Shown here: positions 9,896 through 20,183 of the stretch, in pieces
Position numbering within the stretch: the first letter of the stretch is position 1
How the letters are laid out: each line of letters begins with the position of its first letter
Source: an uncultured delta proteobacterium
GTDB lineage: Bacteria; Desulfobacterota; Desulfobacteria; Desulfobacterales; JAHEIW01
Assembly (NCBI GenBank): GCA_963706575.1
Contig: CAVPNL010000018.1
Coordinates: 96,001-160,000 of the forward strand
Length of the DNA stretch: 64,000 bases
Direction of reading: 5' to 3'
Program-made: the position numbers and the translations under genes
Notes under the pieces: generated by a model
The model's database searches: none
Told to the model about the DNA's origin: nothing
Seen by the model: the letters and a program-made list of their open reading frames with translations, nothing else

Positions 9896-10079
9896 CAGTG
9901 GTTATTTTAAATTAATTAGATATTTTATGCTAGCAGCAGATATAATGAAACAATAATATAAATGAAATAAATAATCAAGATTCGGGAAAATGAGCCTTGC
10001 CAGCTCAGGCCGGAAAACGACAAGTCATGTTAGAAACAAAAAAGGATATGGTCCAATGATCATACCCTTTTTGTTTTTC

Positions 10080-10124
10080 TGGTACGCCCGGCAGGATTCG
10101 AACCTGCGGCCTACGGATTCGAAG
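10080..10124 (-). mobile_element. att site: second 45-bp copy of the tRNA-Arg(TCG) 3' half
   Basis: Identical to 16272-16316; adjacent terminator-like hairpin at about 10035-10075. Confidence 0.92.
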
Positions 10125-10730
10125 GCATGACCTCCGAGTTTCCTAACCTCCTCGAATTACATCAACATATTGAAATCATTAAACTTAAAATTTCCATGTT
10201 TTTGATGATTTTCCATGTTTTGACAGATTTTGGAAAATTTTTCTCACACAAATTCACACACAGTATAAAGGTTCCAAAATGTGTATTGGTAAGCGAAATG
10301 AAACACTTTTAGCTTGATCACAGATGTTTTAAATATAGCCGCTATCGAACAAAAATGAAATTGATTCGATTCCGCAATATATTGTGGTCATCGCAATCCC
10401 AAGCATTTAATAAAAATAATAGACTTTGCAATGCAATCTAAATTATAAGATTTTCTTCTACTCGAGGTATATTAAGATACCTGGTGGCGGCGAGATCTGC
10501 GAATTTTGATATACAAAACAGATCTGTCTCTTTGGAACAATTAAGGCTGCCTTCTTAGTATAGGCCAAACATAATTTCACACTGATAAAATATCACAACC
10601 TCATAGCAACCAATTTTTGAGGATGTTCGAACCTATATCGGCAATGAGATAGCGAGAAGAGATCTGTACTTTGTGCCATGTAAACAGATGTTGGAGATAT
10701 TGCAGGTTTTGGAAGTGTAAAAAAGCACGA

Positions 10731-11372
10731 CTAAAATCTGAGTTCTTTCCATGACAAACCTGAGGCTTCAAAGGTTAGCAAACGATCAGAAGTGCGAACT
10801 GTTGCTTTACTATATGTCAGTTTTATTTCCTCAATGGATTCATTAATTCGAAGGTTAATTTCAGTAAAAGCCGTAGATTCCGCTGCTAAACCAAATGCTC
10901 GGCTTGATGTTATCACCACAGCAACATATCTTTCCACTTCCGCTGCAAGTAGCTCATCCTGAATTGGAAGTAGGGTTTCAACAAATCGGTTGGCGCTTGC
11001 ATCAAATCCGACAGCACGATCTTTTGTTACCAGCAAAGCAATATACTCCGATAAGAACGCAACTCCTTTTCCTGTTTCGTCTAACCTCAAAGGCAATGCC
11101 CGCCAAGCATTTAATGAAGTGGATATTACGAAAAAATGCTGATCAGTCAAAAATGCCCCTAAATAACCTTTTGAGCCGCTCCATAGCACCTTCTCATATG
11201 GTTGAAGATCAAAGGTGATGGTCTTTCTCCCCTCGATAATAGCGATAATTTTACCTTTCGATTCTGCAATATCAATTAAATCTTCAATTTCTTCTTCAGC
11301 ATAGGAAGATGTGGTGAATCCAAAAATAAACAAGCAAATTATAATTATAAGAAATTTTTGATATCGCAACAT
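10731..11372 (-). CDS. Exported hypothetical protein with beta-rich internal repeats
   Basis: GGAGG RBS, signal-peptide-like N-terminus, repeated (V/I)T..R(A/L) units. Confidence 0.75.
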   Translation of the reverse strand: MLRYQKFLIIIICLFIFGFTTSSYAEEEIEDLIDIAESKGKIIAIIEGRKTITFDLQPYEKVLWSGSKGYLGAFLTDQHFFVISTSLNAWRALPLRLDETGKGVAFLSEYIALLVTKDRAVGFDASANRFVETLLPIQDELLAAEVERYVAVVITSSRAFGLAAESTAFTEINLRINESIEEIKLTYSKATVRTSDRLLTFEASGLSWKELRF

Positions 11373-11740
11373 CGCTCTCCTCCGGAAACAGTTAATTATT
11401 ATTAGGCACATAACCAAGCTAATACCATCTTCACATACCCTGTCAATTTCGAATTAACCAAAATTGCATGTATATTGAGATGTTCTGTATAAAAGCGGTT
11501 CCCGCAAAACGTGAGATACTTTTTATCACAAGGTGCATATATCTGTCATATCAGATCGTTACAAACATACTGATTTTCAGATACCGATTGGATTAATGAT
11601 ATCATCATCGATTTTTCTAAAGCAAACACCATTTTCGGGCATTGCAGCGCAATTTGTTTGGAGCAACGCCATGCGATATACAAAATATATTGCATCTTAA
11701 TGAAATGGTGGACACCGAAACAGTATCCACCATAATCGGT

Positions 11741-12578
11741 TTAGGTGTAAAGATTTTCAATCCATTTCATTGCCTCTGTGTCAGTGATCTTGCCCAGGTA
11801 CCTCTGGGTGGTGGACAGGTTCGAATGGCGTAATATGATCTTGCTCACAATCTCAATGGGCACGCCGGAACGCGATGCAAAAGTGGCTGAGTGACGACGT
11901 AAATCATGGGGTCGCAAATGGATACCAACCGCCTGGCCTGCTTTTATCACCATTATCCGCGCAGCTTCGTAGGAAATAGGAAATATGCGGTCATCTGGAT
12001 TCTGACAGACAGATTTGGCATATTCGCGCAATCTTTCCGCCACCTTCACTGGGATAAATACATATTCGTATTCCCGGCCGCTTTTTGGATCTCGCAGTGT
12101 CAGTTTCTGATCATGGATATCGTTCATTGTCAATTTGAGCACCTCTCCGATGCGCATACCTCCCCTGGCCATCAATTCCAGCATCAGACGGTTGCGGGGT
12201 TGTGTAGTGCGAAAAATAACCTCATCGATGGTCTCTTTTTCGATGATGTTCCAGTGTGTGATTTTCGGGGCTTTAAACAGCATTTTCATCATCGGAACAG
12301 CACAGGGGTTTTCAAAGCTCTCATCCAGGTTGGATTTAATGAAGTTGAAAAATGATGAAAGATGCGAGTAGCGGGTTTTTTTCGTCTGCGGTTTTCGGCC
12401 TGCTGTCAGGTGGTTCAAAAATGCCAAAACTTCATCGGTGGTGATTTCATTAAAAGGTCTTTGGCCAAAATCTTTGCAAAATTTGGAAATAATGGCTTCA
12501 TAGGAGCGAAAAGTATTTTTTTTTGGAATTGACCCGATGATACTCTAAACAACATCTACCTGCCTTTGAAAAATTCAT
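11741..12578 (-). CDS. XerD-like tyrosine recombinase, split by a frameshift at an A9 run (12516-12524)
   Basis: Catalytic R (GMRIGE), K, HDLRR, H, Y present; 5' part MNFSKAGRCCLEYHRVNSKK with GGAGG RBS joins the main frame if one A is removed (278 aa). Confidence 0.85.
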
Positions 12579-12922
12579 GATCATACCTCCTTTTGAGTTT
12601 AGGTTAATAAAACATTCCAGCCTGCATTTGAAATTAGGATAACCACAAGATATATGCAACACGGTTGGATCAAAGAAAAACTTCACTCTGGGAGGTCACC
12701 GCATAGTTAGGTTGCCGACAGACTAGGTTGATATCTGTATCCGCCAGTTGAAAACTGAATTGATGATATCACAGGCTTTTTGACTTGATTGGATAATAGG
12801 CATTTGATATTAATTCAAATAATTATAGGTAAACATAGTCTCAATTAATCTGCAATTTTTTAATATTGAGCCCAACCACAACATGTGGCATCCACCAAAG
12901 TTTATGAAATTGAACAATATTT

Positions 12923-14005
12923 ATGAAAAATGTGCCAATGAAGATTGAACAATTCGGTTTCAATAAGTGGTTTCTTGATAGAATTGATCCTACAAAATTA
13001 ATTGATCACCAAATTGCAAGAGTTATTACTGTCAATAAGGATAGTTATACCATCAACAACGGCAAGGGTGATGTATCGGCCGAACTAACTGGTAAACTCA
13101 TGTTCAGCGCTGATTCTCCATTAGATTACCCAGCCACCGGAGATTGGGTAATTGCTCAATATTTTGATAATGATTCCTTTGCCATCATTAGTGAGATTGT
13201 TCCAAGAAAATCTGTATTAAAACGGAAAACATCGGGTAAGAAGATCGAGTTTCAATTAATTGCTACTAATATCGACACTGGCTTAATCGTTCAATCACTT
13301 GACAACAATTATAATCTCAGACGATTAGAACGCTATCTGGTCATGATAAATCAGAGCGATATCCAACCGGTTGTATTATTGAGTAAAAGTGATCTACTTC
13401 CAGTTAGTGAGATAGATAAAAAAGTTGATGAAATTCATGCTCTAATTCCTGACCTTCGAGTATTGCCTTTTAGCAATGAAGACAATACAAAGCTGAAACT
13501 TGTCAAAGAGTTGTTGGCTCCTCGTAAAACTTATTGTTTGCTTGGGTCATCGGGGGTTGGTAAATCTACCTTAATAAATAACCTTCTGGATGAAGTGCGA
13601 CTTAAAACCCATAACGTTAGAGAAAAAGACGGAAAAGGAAGACATATAACGACATGCCGTCATTTGATAAAATTAAAAAATGGGGCAATGATCATTGATA
13701 CGCCAGGTATGCGAGAACTCGGAAATTTTGCGATTGATACTGGTATTCATGGCACATTTGATGAAATTACAGAACTTTCAAATCAATGCCGCTATAATGA
13801 TTGTACCCATACACAAGAGCAAGGCTGTTCAATATTGGCTGCGTTAAAAGACGGAATAATTTCTCAGGAACGTTATCAAAATTTTGTTAAATTAAATAAT
13901 GAATCTGCTTTTTATGAAATGTCATATATAGAGAAAAAGCGAAAAGATAAAAAGTTTGGGAAATTGGTTAAATCTGTAATGAAAGAAAAAAAACACAGAA
14001 GGTAG
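12923..14005 (+). CDS. rsgA: Ribosome small subunit-dependent GTPase A
   Basis: Circularly permuted GTPase: SKSD, GSSGVGKS, GRHITT, DTPG, CRYNDCTH...GC zinc motif. Confidence 0.93.
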   Translation: MKNVPMKIEQFGFNKWFLDRIDPTKLIDHQIARVITVNKDSYTINNGKGDVSAELTGKLMFSADSPLDYPATGDWVIAQYFDNDSFAIISEIVPRKSVLKRKTSGKKIEFQLIATNIDTGLIVQSLDNNYNLRRLERYLVMINQSDIQPVVLLSKSDLLPVSEIDKKVDEIHALIPDLRVLPFSNEDNTKLKLVKELLAPRKTYCLLGSSGVGKSTLINNLLDEVRLKTHNVREKDGKGRHITTCRHLIKLKNGAMIIDTPGMRELGNFAIDTGIHGTFDEITELSNQCRYNDCTHTQEQGCSILAALKDGIISQERYQNFVKLNNESAFYEMSYIEKKRKDKKFGKLVKSVMKEKKHRR

Positions 14006-14263
14006 AAACAAACACTGTCGAGTTTTTCTATTTTTTGGATACTACAAGATATTGTGGTTTTAAGTGCTTATAGGAAAGGAGTGATATCTCCAACTGAGTC
14101 CAATTCCACCCCTTTTCTGCCTGGTTTGGATATACAAAAAATATAGCAACAACCGCCTAAAATTAATAAAGCGCATATTTCGGATTTAATTCAATCAATG
14201 GTGATATACATTCCAGATTTCAATTAATTGGTGTTCAAGATATTATTTTTAATGCAATATTAC

Positions 14264-14428
14264 TACTGTCCAATTAAAAATGGCATTGTCTGTTGTAAAT
14301 GCAACAACAACAAGGGTTTTTAGCAAAATTTAAATGGTACCGATTTCAATTTTGATAAAAATTCACTACTAATAATATCAGTGGGTTAGAAGGCGAAAAC
14401 CCTTGTTTTAGAGCTTAATTGGACACTA
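14264..14428. mobile_element. MITE-like element, 165 bp
   Basis: Terminal IR tactgtccaattaa / ttaattggacacta; internal IR aacaagggtttt / aaaacccttgtt; no ORF. Confidence 0.6.
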
Positions 14429-14701
14429 CTGATGCAATATATATCTTTGTTTTACAAAATACGCGAAATAATGAATATCTGTAGTATTGGTTGAATAAAT
14501 GTATGTTGGAGATAACACCACTGGCTCTTAAAGACTTATGCCAGAAATCTCCAATCTAATTCAAAAGTGATTATACTACATCTTGTGGTGTGACCTATTT
14601 GGCGGATTGGGATATCTTCGAGTGCTAATCCACATACAGATATGGATTTAAACCACAAATTATAAGGCTGGTATCCGTGTTGCGCTATGTTGGTATCTAA
14701 A

Positions 14702-14775
14702 TACTAACACCAGTTTAAGCCGCAAATATTGCCGCTTCGCGGCGATATTTGTCGGTCTTGAAACATTTGTTAGCT
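14702..14775 (-). mobile_element. Integron attC site
   Basis: Minus strand AGCTAAC-AAATG-TTTCAAGA...long central stem...CTTAAAC-TGGT-GTTAGTA; the R'' box overlaps the gene's TAA stop. Confidence 0.85.
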
Positions 14776-15408
14776 TTCGCTTTTTTGGGCGACTACAGTA
14801 ATCCAGTTTTTTCCAGGTAGACTATTTATTTTTTCTATCTGATATCCTGCTTCAGACAGAAAATCTTTGTATTCATCCGGTGTATGAATCTTCATATCAA
14901 GTAGATTGACCAATTTACTATTTCGTTTTTCAAACTGATCATTTTTATATGATGCATTAACTAATAAAAGAAATGCTCCTGGTTTTAATACACGTTTTAC
15001 CTCTATTAAATCATTAATTAAGTCAGGCCAAAAATAATATGTTTCAAATGCCGTTACAAAATCAAACATGTTATCTGGAAATGGTAAAGACGAAACAATG
15101 CCATACATTATTTCAACAATGCTCTGTTTTATCAGGTTATCATTTACCTTTTTTGATAATTGAACCATATCCTCAGAATAATCAATTCCGTAGACCTTTC
15201 CTTTTGATACAGATGAAGCTATCTCTTTAACGGCCTTTCCTCCACCACAACCTATATCAAGAACACATGAATCCGGTTTGATGGAAATATGACTAAGTCC
15301 CCACTGCCTAACTTTAGTATGCCCGAAATTCATAGATCTTCCGACAAATCTACCAAAACGACCTGAAGGTTTTCTACATTGCATTACAAATTTTTTAAAC
15401 AATCCCAT
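14770..15408 (-). CDS. Class I SAM-dependent methyltransferase (gene cassette)
   Basis: VLDIGCGGG, GIDYS, RVLKPG; flanked by GTTAGCT upstream and attC downstream. Confidence 0.92.
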   Translation of the reverse strand: MGLFKKFVMQCRKPSGRFGRFVGRSMNFGHTKVRQWGLSHISIKPDSCVLDIGCGGGKAVKEIASSVSKGKVYGIDYSEDMVQLSKKVNDNLIKQSIVEIMYGIVSSLPFPDNMFDFVTAFETYYFWPDLINDLIEVKRVLKPGAFLLLVNASYKNDQFEKRNSKLVNLLDMKIHTPDEYKDFLSEAGYQIEKINSLPGKNWITVVAQKSES

Positions 15409-15954
15409 GATTTACTCCATTAATTGTATAAGCTAACCAGTTATCATATTGAACTGTATATCATCAAATTGGGGATGTTATACAGAAAATGATTATTGGA
15501 GCGGACTTGAGATACATTGATATGGCTTAGCGAAATCTACAGATATCAAATCCGATCTGTACATATCAATCTTCGAAGAAGCACTGCATGTACCAATTTT
15601 TAACGAATATGCTGAACAAGATGTTGTGGTTGTATAATATCTATTGATTAGAAGACTACGCTAATAAGTCTCTATTTTGGGAAATACAGGTATATTGAGA
15701 TGAGCACATGAATCAGCTCCTCTTAAAAGCATGTGATATACAACGATCTGAAATTCCCTGATAATCACAGATACCATCATTCACCTGTACCTATCAACTT
15801 TTTATTAGTGCAGATCCCCATTCGATATCTTGACAATGATTGAGATTGGATCATGTAATCTATTCTTTCCCAAAATTCAGATCGATCCCCATATATTGCG
15901 GTTGCTGTAGACGTTATCAGAGTTTACATGTCGTGCCTATAGATAAACATTTGC

Positions 15955-16271
15955 AAAAGTAAAGATTCCATATTCAAATCAAAAATCCTGTTTTACTCAT
16001 TTTTCTTTCCACCAGACGTTCGCCCTACGAAAGCAAAAAAACCTTTGATTAAATCAGGGATAGCTCAGACGACCTACGGATTCTTCGATTTAGTGCTCAA
16101 GCTTATTACCTTTTTCGCATTTCATATATATTTGAATTTACATAATATCTTATTCTTACAGTCATTTCGATTTATCCGGTTTTATACAAATCTTAGATAT
16201 TTTTCTCACACAGAGTCTCACATAAACAAAAAAAGGGTTACAGCATTTTCGCTATAACCCTTTGATTTTAC
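15955..16271. repeat. Island-end module with terminator downstream of tRNA-Arg
   Basis: Diverged copy of 8801-9115; hairpin aaagggtta...taaccctttg. Confidence 0.8.
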
Positions 16272-16348
<77 letters not shown>

Positions 16349-16384
16349 AGAGCAGAATTGAGCATGCTCAATTCTGCATTGGAA

Positions 16385-16461
16385 TGGGGTGAGTGATGGG
16401 ATTTGAACCCACGACCGCCGAGGCCACAACCCGGTGCTCTACCAACTGAGCTACACCCACC
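16385..16461 (-). tRNA. tRNA-His(GTG)
   Basis: Cloverleaf with G-1, anticodon loop TTGTGGC, CCA end. Confidence 0.96.
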
Positions 16462-16665
16462 ATAATCGAATTTTAGATTTTAGATTTCAGACTGCGGATT
16501 ATTAGCAAATATGAGCTGTGATTTCAAGAGGAAAAACCAGGTATTGACGGCACTAAGCTTCTCATATAAGGATTACCTAATCTGAGCGTTTCAAATTAAG
16601 AATTAGTCTCCAGCCTGCATGCACCAACCGAAATTATCAAAATTAACAAGCGCAGGGATCTTAAA

Positions 16666-16839
16666 GTGAATCAGTTTTCAATTTTCATAATCAGAGCCGT
16701 TGTGGGCCTGGCGTTTGCCACCCTCGTTACCCGGATGTTTCACGGCAGTATCGATCCCGGGTATGTGCTCGGCCTGGCTGCCATATTGGTCGGATTGGCC
16801 TATTTTGCGGAATACTTGCGGAAAAGAAAAAAAGGCTGA
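16666..16839 (+). CDS. 57-aa two-TM small membrane protein (not in ORF track)
   Basis: GTG start; MNQFSIFIIRAVVGLAFATLVTRMFHGSIDPGYVLGLAAILVGLAYFAEYLRKRKKG*. Confidence 0.7.
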   Translation: MNQFSIFIIRAVVGLAFATLVTRMFHGSIDPGYVLGLAAILVGLAYFAEYLRKRKKG

Positions 16840-16930
16840 ATCCTCACGCAAAGGCGTAAAGAAAAAATTCAGTAGAAGCCATCAAAACCGGACGTCCCGC
16901 AGTGAATAATTTTACAGGGAGATTCGTTTA

Positions 16931-18841
16931 GTGAAACAGATCATTCTGGGAACCGCCGGGCATATCGATCATGGCAAGACCAGCCTGATTAAGGCCCTGA
17001 CCGGCACCGATACCGATCGCTTAAAGGAGGAAAAAGAGCGGGGCATTACGATTGAGCTCGGGTTCGCCGCCCTTGATCTTCCCAGCGGTCAGCATCTGGG
17101 CATCGTCGATGTGCCCGGTCATGAAAAATTCGTAAAAAACATGGTGGCCGGGGCTACCGGAATTGATATCGTCGTTATGGTCATCGCAGCCGACGAGGGT
17201 GTCATGCCCCAGACGCGCGAGCATATGGAGATATGCACCCTGCTGGGGGTGAAACACGGTATGGTGGCCGTAACCAAAATTGATATGGTCGATGAAGAGT
17301 GGCTGGAGCTTGCCCTCGATGATATCGCCGATTTTGTCAGGGGCACCTTTTTGGAGGACGCACCGGTGGCAACCGTTTCTTCCGTAACCCAGGAAGGCAT
17401 TCCTGAATTCGTCAAGACGCTGGATGAACTCGCCGCAAAAATCCCCGAACGCCCGCCCTCTGACCTGTTCCGCCTGCCGATTGACCGCGTCTTTACCATC
17501 AAAGGGTTTGGAACCGTCATCACGGGCACCCTGATTTCCGGCCAGGTTCAGGTCGGCAGTACCATCATGATTTATCCGTCGGGAATCACATCCAAAGTGC
17601 GCGGAATCCAGGTTCACAACAAAAGTGCCGACGAAGCCAGGGCCGGCATGCGAACCGCTATCAATTTTCAAGGTCTTGAAAAAGAAGCCATCAGCCGGGG
17701 CCAAGTGCTCTCCAAGCCAAACACCCTGGAGGCAAGTTACATGGTGGACGTATCTTTACATTATCTGGCAAGCAATAAAAAGCCGATAAAAAATCGCACC
17801 CGGGTCAGATTGCATACCGGCACCAGTGAAGTGCTCGGCAACCTGATTGTACTGGATCGCGAAGAACTTGCACCCGGTGAAGACACAGTTGTCCAGCTGC
17901 GATTGGATACTCCGGTGGCACTCGTTAAAGATGACCGCTTTGTCATCCGCAGCTATTCTCCCATATCCACTATCGGCGGCGGAAAGGTGCTCAATCCCAT
18001 CCCCTCAAAACACAAACGTTTCAAGCCCGACGCGGTTGAAAGATTAAAAGCATTGGGCCACCAGGCGCCGGAAGCCATTATTTCATTTCACGTCGAAGCT
18101 TCCGGTTACCAGGGAGTTTCCTTCGCTCATTTGAAAATAATGACCAATTTGCCGGATAAACAGCTTGAAAATGTTCTGCAAGGCATGTTGTCCCAAAAAA
18201 TACTTATTCAGATCGACAAAGAAAACCGGATCTATATCCACAATAACTGCTTTGAGAAGCTTAAAAACGACACCCGGCGCCAGCTTGCCGATTATCACAA
18301 GGCCAATCCCCTCAAACCGGGCATGCCGAAAGAAGAACTTAAATCCAAATTCCCTCCCCTTTTGACCTCAAAATTGTTCAACCTGACGTTGAATCAGATG
18401 ATCAAAGAAAAAGAAATCGCTCAGGAAGAAAATATCATAAGGCTGGCTTCGCATGCGGTCTCCCTTGGCGGCAAACAGGCGGATGTTAAGGATAAAATCC
18501 TGAAAACTTATCTTGCCGCGGGGCTTGAACCCCCCTATTTCAAGGAGTTTGCCAAATCTCTGGATGCCGATGCCAAACGGTCGCGGGAAGTTCTCATGCA
18601 TCTGGTGAATGAAGGAATCATCGTCAAGGTCAAAGAAGATCTGTTTTTTCACTCCGAGGCCATCGCTAACCTCAAGAAGAAATTGGTGAAATTTCTTGGG
18701 GCTCAGGCAGAGATCACGACTCCGCAATTCAAGGAAATGACCGCCGTATCCCGTAAGTACGTCATTCCGCTGGCCGAGTATTTCGACTCGACGAATGTTA
18801 CCCTGAGAGTCGGAGATGTCAGAAAGCTTCGCAAGGGTTGA
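16931..18841 (+). CDS. selB: Selenocysteine-specific elongation factor
   Basis: [26 protein letters not shown]-terminal winged helix with [13 protein letters not shown]. Confidence 0.97.
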   Translation: MKQIILGTAGHIDHGKTSLIKALTGTDTDRLKEEKERGITIELGFAALDLPSGQHLGIVDVPGHEKFVKNMVAGATGIDIVVMVIAADEGVMPQTREHMEICTLLGVKHGMVAVTKIDMVDEEWLELALDDIADFVRGTFLEDAPVATVSSVTQEGIPEFVKTLDELAAKIPERPPSDLFRLPIDRVFTIKGFGTVITGTLISGQVQVGSTIMIYPSGITSKVRGIQVHNKSADEARAGMRTAINFQGLEKEAISRGQVLSKPNTLEASYMVDVSLHYLASNKKPIKNRTRVRLHTGTSEVLGNLIVLDREELAPGEDTVVQLRLDTPVALVKDDRFVIRSYSPISTIGGGKVLNPIPSKHKRFKPDAVERLKALGHQAPEAIISFHVEASGYQGVSFAHLKIMTNLPDKQLENVLQGMLSQKILIQIDKENRIYIHNNCFEKLKNDTRRQLADYHKANPLKPGMPKEELKSKFPPLLTSKLFNLTLNQMIKEKEIAQEENIIRLASHAVSLGGKQADVKDKILKTYLAAGLEPPYFKEFAKSLDADAKRSREVLMHLVNEGIIVKVKEDLFFHSEAIANLKKKLVKFLGAQAEITTPQFKEMTAVSRKYVIPLAEYFDSTNVTLRVGDVRKLRKG

Positions 18842-18844
18842 TGT

Positions 18845-18958
18845 TCATGAAAGTGTAGTCATTTTTTCCTCAGCTTTGTTCTTCCATCCCTCGGCCCCGC
18901 ATTCTTTACAAAACTTCGCCCTTTCACGATTCTCAAACTGACACTGCGGGCATTTCAT
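18845..18958 (-). pseudogene. 37-aa remnant of a zinc-ribbon adenylate/guanylate-cyclase-type protein
   Basis: MKCPQCQFENRERAKFCKECG zinc ribbon followed at once by AEGWKNKAEEKMTTLS*; GGAGGG RBS. Confidence 0.55.
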
Positions 18959-19173
18959 CGTGATGCCCTCCATTAATGAAGTTATGCAGTTTGAATTCGG
19001 ATGAAGGAATCCGGGATAACCAAAAAACAAATACCGTAATCACTTCTTCTTGTCAATTATGGGGATTTTCAATCATAAACCCCTCTCCCTTGAAAGCAGA
19101 GCTTGCCTTTGATATCAATTGAAAAAGATCCGGTTACTTTTAATCATTAATTAAAAAATAGTGAGATGAGGTT

Positions 19174-20097
19174 ATGGCTATAATTAGAGAGGTTGCAGAT
19201 AAAATATACGAGATCAGGCCTGAAGGAAAGGCGCTTGAGCGCTTTCCTCTATGCACTGTTTATCTTATCATGGATGATAATGCGGCTCTGGTGGAGGTGG
19301 GTTGCTCTGTTCAGATACCGGATATTCTGGAAGCGGTGGGCCAACTGGGCTACGATATAAGAAAACTTTCATATATTATCCCAACCCATGTTCACATAGA
19401 TCATGCTGGAGGAGCGGGAGTTCTAGCGCGGCAATTGCCACAAACGAAGGTGGTGGCTTACTCGCGGGCGGTTAAAGTCCTTGCAGACGAGTCCATCCTC
19501 GAAAGAATGATGCGGGGCTTTATGCAAATCTATGGGGAGGATGCCAAGGAGCGATTCGGCGAGATGGTCCCGGTTGCTGAAGAAAGATTTGTACGGGTCG
19601 AGGATGGGGACAGCATTCCTTTAGGACATAGAGATTTGAAAGTCATTCATACTCCGGGTCATGACCCCAATCACCTATGCTTTTTAGACACCAGGAGCAG
19701 GGGGATGTTTAGCGGCGATGCATTGGGCGCGTATTTCTCTGAAATGGAAGTTTTCTTTACGTGCCCCGTACCAGGCTCTGATCCCTTTTTATTCCTGCAA
19801 AGCATAGAGAAACTGAAGAACCTTAAACCTGAACTGGTGTTTTTTTCACATGGCAGCGCCACCAGAGATGCAGACAAGATTATTCAATCAGCATTAGATG
19901 GGGCCCGGCAATGCCATGACACCGCGCTTGAAGCCCTCAGATCGGATGAAGATCAGAATGAGGTGGCTCGCAGACTGATAGAAATTATGGCCGTAGGTTC
20001 TGCCCAGGCCAGATCAGATTTATCCGATTGGCCCTATTTCATACCCATAGCGGTTGAAGGATACCGGCAACACTTCAAGAAAAATAATATGATTTAA
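19174..20097 (+). CDS. MBL-fold metallo-hydrolase
   Basis: THVHIDHAGG, HTPGH, SGD, SHG. Confidence 0.92.
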   Translation: MAIIREVADKIYEIRPEGKALERFPLCTVYLIMDDNAALVEVGCSVQIPDILEAVGQLGYDIRKLSYIIPTHVHIDHAGGAGVLARQLPQTKVVAYSRAVKVLADESILERMMRGFMQIYGEDAKERFGEMVPVAEERFVRVEDGDSIPLGHRDLKVIHTPGHDPNHLCFLDTRSRGMFSGDALGAYFSEMEVFFTCPVPGSDPFLFLQSIEKLKNLKPELVFFSHGSATRDADKIIQSALDGARQCHDTALEALRSDEDQNEVARRLIEIMAVGSAQARSDLSDWPYFIPIAVEGYRQHFKKNNMI

Positions 20098-20183
20098 TTT
20101 CCTCTACTGCATTTTTCAAACCTGTAGGATCTCCAACATATCAACGCCAAAAAAATCTGTGATATCCTTCAGGAAAGGAAGCA

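Larger units (their letters stand above)
10125..16271. mobile_element. About 6.1 kb AT-rich genomic island integrated at tRNA-Arg
   Basis: Bounded by direct repeats of the tRNA 3' half; visibly AT-rich; carries a tyrosine recombinase. Confidence 0.82.

Noticed and set aside
9116..10124. Extra tRNA-Arg genes or a CRISPR-like array
   Set aside because: The copies lack the 5' half of the tRNA, spacing is 0.9-6 kb and no cas genes are present; they are att sites
12696..12725. dif-like recombination site upstream of the recombinase (accgcatagttaggttgccgaca)
   Set aside because: Only one arm loosely resembles a XerC box and no partner site was found
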